64,000 nucleotides of DNA. It comes from an uncultured bacterium (GTDB lineage: Bacteria > Bacillota_I > Bacilli_A > RFN20 > CAG-826). The stretch spans positions 39,495 through 103,494 of the forward strand of contig CASEVI010000004.1 of the NCBI GenBank assembly GCA_949291375.1, read 5' to 3'. This document shows, one piece after another, positions 54,290 to 62,336 of this stretch. Both the position numbers and the translations under genes were made by a program. Position 1 is the stretch's first letter. The number at the start of each line of letters is the position of its first letter. Under the pieces are notes generated by a model. That model was given only the letters and a program-made list of their open reading frames with translations, searched no databases and was not told the DNA's origin.

Positions 54290-54349
54290 TTACTAATTTT
54301 ATAAATATATAAAAAATTACCTAAATTATCATTACTTTAATTTTAAACC

Positions 54350-55882
54350 TCAATTTTTATTAAAATCAGTGTTTAAACGTCTATATTTCTCATTTAATGA
54401 AAAAATTTTATTTTTTAAGTCATTATTAAATTCAAATGGTAAAAAACGATATGTCCAGTTATCTTCTAAAAGTGTTGATGGACGATTCATTCTAGACTCT
54501 TTACCTTTAAAAAATAAATCTTGAAAGGTAAAAGAAACATGTTCTGCTTTTGAAGCAAAAATAAGTTCAATAAGTTTAAAAGCTATATCATAATTTGAAA
54601 AAGCATCTTCTAAATATGGCACATTTAATTTTTTGCATTCTTCTTTTATTTTATTTAAAAGTTCTTCTTTTTTTACTTCATTAATTTCATCTAATTTTAC
54701 TTTTATAGGAGTATTATCGTGATTTCCTAAATAAAAATATGTATTTTCATCAATTTCAGAGGGCAAAATTCTTCTAATGTCTTCAACATCATCAAAAAGA
54801 GTAGGAATTAAAGTAATATTATAAGGAATATCGCTATCTTTAATAAAATCTCTTATTTTTAAAGAAAAATTACCTAAACCAGAAGCGATTAAATTATTTT
54901 CTTCTTTAATTAAATTGATAAATTCAATTCCTGGTCCATCCATAAATACTCCTTTTTTAGGATTTTTACTTCTAAAAGGAATCGCATAAACTTCTTTAAA
55001 ACCTCTAAAGTGATTAAGTTTAACACGGTCATAAAGACTTGAAGCACGATAAAGTCTTCTTCTCCACCATTTGTAATTATTAAGTCTCATATATTCCCAA
55101 TCATAAAGAGGATAACCCCATTTTTGACCGCGAGAATTAAAATTATCAGCAGGATAACCAGCAACATAGGTAACTAAATTTCTTTTATCAACCATAAAAA
55201 GTTCAGGATTAAAATACATTTCATCACTATCAAATCCTAAAAAATGAGGAATATCACCGATTATTTCAATATTTTTACTTTTTGCATATTCATGTAATTT
55301 ATTCCATTGTTTAATAAAAATGAATTGTAAAAAAAATTGAAATTCAATTTCTTTGCTATGATGCTTTAAATAATGAACCATTACTTCTTCATCGTAATAT
55401 CTATCTTCTAATGAATAATCAAACCAAGCTTTATTATTGTTATTTAATTTTATCGTTTTGAATAAACAATATTTAAAAATTTGACTATCTTTTTTAAATT
55501 CAAGATATTCTTTATTTTCTAAATCAAATCTTTTAAATGCTTTTTTAAAAACAATATCTTTAGCCAAAGTAACTTTTTCAAAATCTACTTTTCTAGGATT
55601 TTTTCCAAAGTTTAAATTTTGTAAATCACGACTATTTACTAAGCCTTTTTCAATTAAATCATCAATATCAATTAATAAAGGATTTAATCCAAAAGCAGTA
55701 ATAACTTGGAAAGGTGAATTAGAAAATCCTACATCTTCTAAAGGTAAAATTTCCCAATATGAAAATCCACATTCTTTAATATAATCAATAAATTTATATG
55801 TTTCTTTACCTAAACCTCCAATACCATATTTTGATGGTAATGAAGTAATATGCATAATTACACCACTTTCTTTTTGTTTCAT
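54350..55882 (-). CDS. malQ: 4-alpha-glucanotransferase (GH77), paralog 2.
   Basis: N-terminus MKQKESGVIMHITSLPSKYGIGGLGKETY. The 510-aa length fits. Confidence 0.8.
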   Translation of the reverse strand: MKQKESGVIMHITSLPSKYGIGGLGKETYKFIDYIKECGFSYWEILPLEDVGFSNSPFQVITAFGLNPLLIDIDDLIEKGLVNSRDLQNLNFGKNPRKVDFEKVTLAKDIVFKKAFKRFDLENKEYLEFKKDSQIFKYCLFKTIKLNNNNKAWFDYSLEDRYYDEEVMVHYLKHHSKEIEFQFFLQFIFIKQWNKLHEYAKSKNIEIIGDIPHFLGFDSDEMYFNPELFMVDKRNLVTYVAGYPADNFNSRGQKWGYPLYDWEYMRLNNYKWWRRRLYRASSLYDRVKLNHFRGFKEVYAIPFRSKNPKKGVFMDGPGIEFINLIKEENNLIASGLGNFSLKIRDFIKDSDIPYNITLIPTLFDDVEDIRRILPSEIDENTYFYLGNHDNTPIKVKLDEINEVKKEELLNKIKEECKKLNVPYLEDAFSNYDIAFKLIELIFASKAEHVSFTFQDLFFKGKESRMNRPSTLLEDNWTYRFLPFEFNNDLKNKIFSLNEKYRRLNTDFNKN

Positions 55883-56040
55883 GTTTATAATTTTATATTA
55901 AGGAAATATTGTTTTCAAAATATTAAAGTTTTAAAAACGATATTTTTAATTAAGAAATTATACTTATTTTAATAATTTCTTTATAAATAGTGTCAAAAAA
56001 GATATTGTTTTTTTATTTCTTAAATATAAAATATTAGGGT

Positions 56041-57351
56041 ATGAAAAATGAATTAAAAAATAAAATTATATATCAAGTTTTTGTTAGAAACTTTACAAAA
56101 GAAGGTACATTTAATGCCTTAAAAGAAAAATTAGATTATATTAAATCTTTAGGAGTAGATATTCTTTATCTTTTACCTATTTCTCCTATTGGAAAAATAA
56201 ATAGAAAAGGAAGTTTAGGTTCACCATATTCAATTAGTGATTATATGAAAATTAATGAAGAGTTAGGGAATGAAGAAGATTTTATTTCATTAATTAATAA
56301 AACTCATGAAATGGGTATGAAAATCATGATTGATATTGTTTTTAATCACACTTCTAGAGATTCATTTATTTATAAAAACCATAATGAATGGATGTATAAA
56401 AATGAAAAAGGAGAATGTGCAAATAAGGTCGGAGATTGGAGTGATGTTTATGATCTTGATACAAAGAATGATGAATTAATCTCTTATCTTGTTGATGTTA
56501 TTCGTTATTACTCTTCTTTAGGTGTTGATGGATATCGTTTTGATGTTGCTTCTTTAATAGATAAGAAGTTTTATCAAGCATTAAAAACAATGCTTGACAA
56601 AGAATATCCTTCTACTATTTTACTTGCTGAATCTATTCATGCTTCTTTTTCTAATTATGTTAGAAGCATTGGTTTTAATGCTTTAAGTGATGCTGAACTT
56701 TATTCTTTAGGTTTTGATTTATGTTATATGTATAACAGCGTTGAACCATTTGATAAATATATAAAAGAAAAGAATAATCGCTATTTAGATATTTATAAAG
56801 TTTTATTAAATAATGAAGAAGCTTATAATCCTGCTTCTGCTTTAAGAATTAGAGGATTAGAAAATCATGATCAACCTCGTTTAATTGAATTAAGTAAAAA
56901 TAAAAGAGTAATGAGAAATTTGGCTGCTTTCCCAATCTTTATGAAAGGACCTATGTTTATTTATAATGGACTTGAAAGTAAAGCCAATCATCATCCTAGT
57001 TTATTTGATAAAGATTTAATTGATATGAGTATTGATAAAGAATGGTATGATTTTATTATTTCGTTAACTAATTTTAAAAAAGATAAATTAAATTTAGATG
57101 TTTTAACTAGTGAAGTTTTATTAACAAAAGGTGATAATCTTGCAATTATAAATCATTATAAAGATAATTCTTATTCTTATGGTTTATTTAATCTTTCTTC
57201 TTCAGTTAACGGAAGTTTAATTAAAGATGAAAAATTAATTAATGGAGCATATGTTGATTATTTCACTTCTAAAGTTGTTGTTATTGAAAATAATTCAATT
57301 CGTGTTAAAGAACCACTTTTCTTATTTAAAAGTGAAAATATTAATAAATAA
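56041..57351 (+). CDS. Cytoplasmic GH13-family alpha-glucosidase/amylase catalytic-domain protein.
   Basis: GH13 regions DIVFNHTS, GVDGYRFDVAS and LENHDQPR are present. There is no signal peptide. It is the only plus-strand gene in the locus, divergent from malQ2. Confidence 0.7.
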   Translation: MKNELKNKIIYQVFVRNFTKEGTFNALKEKLDYIKSLGVDILYLLPISPIGKINRKGSLGSPYSISDYMKINEELGNEEDFISLINKTHEMGMKIMIDIVFNHTSRDSFIYKNHNEWMYKNEKGECANKVGDWSDVYDLDTKNDELISYLVDVIRYYSSLGVDGYRFDVASLIDKKFYQALKTMLDKEYPSTILLAESIHASFSNYVRSIGFNALSDAELYSLGFDLCYMYNSVEPFDKYIKEKNNRYLDIYKVLLNNEEAYNPASALRIRGLENHDQPRLIELSKNKRVMRNLAAFPIFMKGPMFIYNGLESKANHHPSLFDKDLIDMSIDKEWYDFIISLTNFKKDKLNLDVLTSEVLLTKGDNLAIINHYKDNSYSYGLFNLSSSVNGSLIKDEKLINGAYVDYFTSKVVVIENNSIRVKEPLFLFKSENINK

Positions 57352-57383
57352 TATATAAATAAATTTAAATAAAGGAAAATAAT

Positions 57384-57818
57384 ATGTCGTTAAGAATTTA
57401 TCGAATTATTAGTTTAATATTTTCACTTCTTCAAATACCTATTCATGCTTTTTTATTATATTTAAATTTAGTTAATCAAGAAACTGATTCATTAATTGTT
57501 TTAGCTTCGACTCTTATTTGTTTATTTCTTTCAATTATTGAAACATTTGTTTCAATAAAAACTATTAAAAACGATAATAGTGCTTTATATAATTTAGCTT
57601 TTGAAAGAGATGGTAAGATAAATAAATTTGCTTTTTATGTTTCTATTGTTTTAGGAGTCATTGGGTTAGTTTTACTAATTTTTGGTATCTATTATTTAAT
57701 TATTTTAAATTATTTATTAGGAGTTTGTTTTACTTCAATTGGTGTATTTATTCTTTTTAATATAATTATTTATCTTTCTTACATAATTGTTGTTATTAAA
57801 ACTAGATATATTAGATAA
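57384..57818 (+). CDS. Hypothetical integral membrane protein of 144 aa with about 4 TM helices.
   Basis: The predicted helices are hydrophobic. It lies 32 nt downstream of the GH13 gene. Confidence 0.45.
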   Translation: MSLRIYRIISLIFSLLQIPIHAFLLYLNLVNQETDSLIVLASTLICLFLSIIETFVSIKTIKNDNSALYNLAFERDGKINKFAFYVSIVLGVIGLVLLIFGIYYLIILNYLLGVCFTSIGVFILFNIIIYLSYIIVVIKTRYIR

Positions 57819-57844
57819 ATTATTATTTAAAAACTTAATAACTT

Positions 57845-57870
57845 AAAAAGCCTCAATCTAGAGGCTTTTT
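57845..57870. terminator. Bidirectional rho-independent terminator between the convergent membrane-protein gene and ftsZ.
   Basis: AAAA-AGCCTC-aatcta-GAGGCT-TTTT. Confidence 0.6.
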
Positions 57871-57888
57871 AAGTTATATTCATTTTAA

Positions 57889-59052
57889 TTAGAAATCAGT
57901 ATCATTTAAGAATTCAGGAATAATTGAATCCTCTTCTTCTTTTTCTTTATTTGAAGCTTCTTCTTTATTTCTTTCATCAGCTTTAAGTTTAGATTGTTCA
58001 ACACTCTTTTCAAAAAGCATTTGTTGTTGTCTTTCTTTTTCTTCTCTTAATGCTGACAAATCAAGTTTTGTACCTGGATTAACTGAGAAATCAAATTCAG
58101 TATTAAAGTCTCCAGCAATAATAGAAACCATGATTTGATCATCAAGTTGATCATTAACACTAATACCAAATTTTAAATCAAGATTTCCTCCACAACTATA
58201 AACCATATGATCTACACAAGTTTGACAATCTAAAAGAGAAACTCTTGGTCCGCAAGTAATATGACATAATGCTTTTTGAGCTCCATCAATTGATTGTTCG
58301 ATTAATGGACAAGATAAAGCGTTTTCAGCAGCTTCAATAGCATTATTTGCTCCTTGTCCACTACCAAAACCAATTAAAGCAACACCACTATCTTTTAAAG
58401 TAGCTTTAACATCAGCAAAATCAAGGTTAATAAAAGAAGGCATTAAAATTAAATCAGTGACTGTTTTTACACTTTTTGCTAAAACATCATCAGCTAAAGA
58501 GAATGCTTCTCCAACAGGAAGATTACCACTACTCATTAATAATTTATCATTTGAAACAACGATTAATGAATCACAATTTTCTCTTAATTCATTTAATCCT
58601 TGAACACTTGCTTCAACTTTTTTTCTTCCTTCAAAAGTAAATGGACGAGTAACAATAGCAACAGTTAAAGCACCTTCTTCTTTTGCAATTCTAGAAATAA
58701 CAGGTGCAGCACCAGTTCCGGTTCCGCCCCCCATTCCAGCAGCGATAAATACCATATTAGCGCCTCTAACTATTTCACGAATATCTTCACTAGAAGCTTC
58801 AGCAGCTTCTTTTCCAGCAATAGGATCTCCTCCTACTCCAAGTCCACCAGTGACATTTTCTCCTAAAATAATTCTATTTGGAGCTTTTGATAAAGATAAA
58901 GCTTGTTTATCAGTATTTGCGACATAAAACTCGACATTTCTAATGTCTTCATCAATCATTCTATTTACAGAGTTATTTCCAGCTCCTCCAACACCAATAA
59001 CAATAATTCTTGCTACAGGTTCAAAGCCATCTAATTCATGTGCATCAATCAT
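57889..59052 (-). CDS. ftsZ: Cell division protein FtsZ.
   Basis: Tubulin signature GGGTGTGAAPVI. The C-terminal conserved peptide IPEFL is present. Confidence 0.9.
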   Translation of the reverse strand: MIDAHELDGFEPVARIIVIGVGGAGNNSVNRMIDEDIRNVEFYVANTDKQALSLSKAPNRIILGENVTGGLGVGGDPIAGKEAAEASSEDIREIVRGANMVFIAAGMGGGTGTGAAPVISRIAKEEGALTVAIVTRPFTFEGRKKVEASVQGLNELRENCDSLIVVSNDKLLMSSGNLPVGEAFSLADDVLAKSVKTVTDLILMPSFINLDFADVKATLKDSGVALIGFGSGQGANNAIEAAENALSCPLIEQSIDGAQKALCHITCGPRVSLLDCQTCVDHMVYSCGGNLDLKFGISVNDQLDDQIMVSIIAGDFNTEFDFSVNPGTKLDLSALREEKERQQQMLFEKSVEQSKLKADERNKEEASNKEKEEEDSIIPEFLNDTDF

Positions 59053-59106
59053 AGTTTTATCCTCGCTTTATCTTTATTTTTATCTATTTAATAAATAAAC
59101 ACTTTT

Positions 59107-60339
59107 TTATAATTCATCTTCATCTTCTCGATATTCATCAACCTTTCTTTCAATAGGTTTAATATCGATTTTTGTTTCATCTTCTAAAGAACCTTTATAA
59201 ACGGAAGTAAAGGCAATTGCTCCTAAAAGATTAACATCACCAGGTTCTAAAGCACCAATAGAATCGTTAGTAAAGAATTTAATTGGATTAGAAGAATGTA
59301 AACGATTAATAAATTCTTTAAAACCATTAAGTAAAGTTCCGTTTCCTATAAATACTAAAGGAATATCTTCTTTTAAATTTCCATAGTCTTTAAGTAAATA
59401 ATTTATAGAATTTGTAAATAATTTATCCCAGTTATTTAAACATTCATCAACAACTTGAACAAGTTCATTTTTATTATATTTTCTTTTAATTCCATCATCA
59501 CCTAAAACAGATAAAATTGGAGCATTAAATTTAGTTTCTCTTAAATCATGCCCATAAATTATCTTTAATTCTTCAGCTTTATCCATTGAAATTTCAAAAG
59601 AATTAGCAATTGCGTTAGTTATATCGTTTCCTCCATTAGGGAATGAAGTTGAATCATAAAGTCTTCCATTTCCAAAAAAGGAAACAGTTGTATTATCTTT
59701 GTTATAATCAACAAGTAAATATTTATCAAAAGATGACTTATTAATTTCTAAAAGAGAATTTACTCCTAAAGGAGCAATAACTACTCTTTTAATTAAAATT
59801 CCTGCATCAGTAATTGCTTTTTTAAAATTTTCTACCATAACTTTAGGGAGTGTAAAAATATGAGCACTTACTAAAAGTGAGTTTGAAAAATATCCTAAAG
59901 GTGGATCTTTATAAACTCGATTTCCTTCAAGCGAAAAAACATAAGGAATAATATCAACAATTTCATCATTTGGTTCATTAGTTCTTGCTTTTTTAATCAT
60001 GCTTAAAGCATTAGCAATATCAATTTTAGCAATTCTTCCATCACTAGAAATTGTATTAGTAGTTTTTTCATTTGAAAAAACTTTAAGACCAAAAGGAGGA
60101 AGAATTAAAACTACTTCATTAATATCAACTCTTAATCTCTTTTTTGGATCAGAAATTACTTTAATTTGTTTTAAATCTTCACTTAAAGAAGTTAAATCAA
60201 AAACGTCTCCATCTTTATTAGAGACTCTTAAAGGATATGTTCTTTTATAAAGAACATTTATTTTATTATCATATAAATAACCGATTAATAATTTAAAAGA
60301 TGTATTTTTTATTTCTACGGCCGCAACTGTTATATCCAT
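59107..60339 (-). CDS. ftsA: Cell division protein FtsA (actin-like). The C-terminus is acidic (...EYREDEDEL) and I see no obvious amphipathic membrane-targeting helix.
   Basis: Actin/Hsp70-fold SHS2 architecture. It lies immediately upstream of ftsZ. I prefer the ATG at 60339 (MDITVAAV...) over the track's TTG at 60378. Confidence 0.8.
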   Translation of the reverse strand: MDITVAAVEIKNTSFKLLIGYLYDNKINVLYKRTYPLRVSNKDGDVFDLTSLSEDLKQIKVISDPKKRLRVDINEVVLILPPFGLKVFSNEKTTNTISSDGRIAKIDIANALSMIKKARTNEPNDEIVDIIPYVFSLEGNRVYKDPPLGYFSNSLLVSAHIFTLPKVMVENFKKAITDAGILIKRVVIAPLGVNSLLEINKSSFDKYLLVDYNKDNTTVSFFGNGRLYDSTSFPNGGNDITNAIANSFEISMDKAEELKIIYGHDLRETKFNAPILSVLGDDGIKRKYNKNELVQVVDECLNNWDKLFTNSINYLLKDYGNLKEDIPLVFIGNGTLLNGFKEFINRLHSSNPIKFFTNDSIGALEPGDVNLLGAIAFTSVYKGSLEDETKIDIKPIERKVDEYREDEDEL

Positions 60340-60412
60340 ACTGCTTATAATTTTAATATTAAAATATATAAAATACAATTAATAATATATATATTATTAA
60401 TAGGGAATATGT

Positions 60413-62329
60413 CTAATTTTCTTTTAAAATTGGAATATTATCACCTGATAAATACCATTGATTTTTAAAATAACTATCCCCACTTTTAAAAGAATAAATA
60501 TCACTGCTATTTATAGGTAATTTATTGCTTTCAAAATATAAATTCATATTATCATTAAAATAAAATGAATAATCATTTAATCCGCTTATTCCATCTTTTA
60601 AAATAACGAATTCGATAGATATATTTCCGCATATTGCATATTTATCAATATTAGTTATTGAAGAAGGTAAAACAATACCTTTTAAAGAATTATTAATTAA
60701 ATTAATTGAATAAAATGAAATTTCTTTTAAAGACGAAGGGAAGATATAAATGTTTATATCTTTTAAAGGTATAAATGTATAAAGTATTTTTCTACCCTTT
60801 GAATATAAAGAATTATCAAAAACTTCAAAATAGTTATTATTATCATCTAAATAAATATTTAAATAAGAATAAGATAATGATGAATAAGAAATAATATTTC
60901 CATCTATTTCTTTTAAAAATAAAGGTAAATATAGCTCTTTTAATCTAGATAAATCATAAAAAGCATTTTCTTCTATTTTTAAAATATTGTTGTTTAAAGT
61001 TAATTTTTCGATATTAGAAAGTTTGAAAAATGAATATGATTTTATTATTTTCAAAGAATTCGCTCCATTAAAATCTATATTTTTAATAGTTGAAGAATAA
61101 TTAAATGAATAAGAAGAAATTACTTCAACACCTTGTCTTATTTTATAAACATTTTTAATATTTAAAAAAGCATAATAAAGTATTTTTTCATCCAATGAAA
61201 AAATACTATTATCAATAATTTTATATTTACTATTGCTATTATTTTCATTATCAAATTTAATAGTTGTTAATGAAGGAGTATTAATTAAAAACCCTTCTTC
61301 AATAGTTTCAATATTACTATTTAAAGTTAATGTTTTTAAAGAAGATAAATTATAAAAAGCGTTAGTTTCAATATAATAAATATTTTCAGATAAAGTTATT
61401 GATTCAATAAGAGAATTATTTGCAAAACAATAAGACTCAATAACGCTCACCTTTTTATCATTAACTATTGAAGGAATAGTAATATTTTTATTTTTTCCTT
61501 TATAAGAAATTAAATGATAACCATCTTCATTTAAAGTAAAAATGAAATTTGAAAGTTCTTCTTCATTAAAAGTATGGTTATCATATTTATCGTTTAACTC
61601 ATCATCAGAAGGTTTGTTATTTTCTCCATCATCCTTTATAGGTTTATCATCGTTATTATTTTCTTCATCTTTATTATCATCATCAACTATTAACTGATCA
61701 TTAGAACTATTTTTAACTGTTGGGATAATTATTGCTAATAAAGAAATTGCTAAAATTAAATTTATAACAACAGAAAGCGATAAAATTAAATTTAAATTTT
61801 TACTTTTTAAAAAGTTTCTTTTATTATCATTCTTTTTATTATTAAGTTCATTAACAATGATTTCAGTTTGATTTAACCCAAAATAAAAATAATCAATTTT
61901 TAAATTAAAAAATGTAGCTAATTTTAAAAATTCATCATAGGTAGGTAAACTTTTACCAGTTTCAATATTTGAATATCTTGATGATGAAATATTAATTTCT
62001 TCAATTAAAGTCTGCTGTTTTATATGCAAATCATTTCTAATGTTTTTTAAATTAAATGTAAATTTTGTATCATCAAAATCATATTTTTCTGCTAACCTAT
62101 TTTCGTAAGAATTAATTTTATAAAAATAACTACTAATATCGATTTTTAAAATTTTGCATAACTTACCTATTAAGTCAAAACTAACAACACATTCATCTTT
62201 TTCATATTTTGAAATAGTTTGCGGAGTAACATTTAAAAAAGAAGCTAAATCAGTTTGCAAAAGATTTAATTCGCTTCTTCTTTTTTTAATAAATTCACCA
62301 TATGTTAAATTTATTTCTTTTTTATTCAT
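60413..62329 (-). CDS. Membrane protein with two tandem N-terminal XRE-type HTH domains, one TM helix, an Asp/Asn/Glu-rich stalk and a C-terminal BspA-type leucine-rich-repeat ectodomain.
   Basis: HTH_3-like segments span about aa 9-65 and 95-150 (LQTDLASFLNVTPQTISKYE; LHIKQQTLIEEINISSSRYSNIETGK). The TM helix is LILSLSVVINLILAISLLAIIIPTV. The ectodomain repeats resemble BspA/LRR_5 repeats (IPSxV..I...AF..C..L..I.L). Confidence 0.7.
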   Translation of the reverse strand: MNKKEINLTYGEFIKKRRSELNLLQTDLASFLNVTPQTISKYEKDECVVSFDLIGKLCKILKIDISSYFYKINSYENRLAEKYDFDDTKFTFNLKNIRNDLHIKQQTLIEEINISSSRYSNIETGKSLPTYDEFLKLATFFNLKIDYFYFGLNQTEIIVNELNNKKNDNKRNFLKSKNLNLILSLSVVINLILAISLLAIIIPTVKNSSNDQLIVDDDNKDEENNNDDKPIKDDGENNKPSDDELNDKYDNHTFNEEELSNFIFTLNEDGYHLISYKGKNKNITIPSIVNDKKVSVIESYCFANNSLIESITLSENIYYIETNAFYNLSSLKTLTLNSNIETIEEGFLINTPSLTTIKFDNENNSNSKYKIIDNSIFSLDEKILYYAFLNIKNVYKIRQGVEVISSYSFNYSSTIKNIDFNGANSLKIIKSYSFFKLSNIEKLTLNNNILKIEENAFYDLSRLKELYLPLFLKEIDGNIISYSSLSYSYLNIYLDDNNNYFEVFDNSLYSKGRKILYTFIPLKDINIYIFPSSLKEISFYSINLINNSLKGIVLPSSITNIDKYAICGNISIEFVILKDGISGLNDYSFYFNDNMNLYFESNKLPINSSDIYSFKSGDSYFKNQWYLSGDNIPILKEN

Positions 62330-62336
62330 ACAAAAC

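Noticed and set aside
59999-60250. 83-aa plus-strand ORF inside ftsA.
   Set aside because: Antisense shadow ORF.
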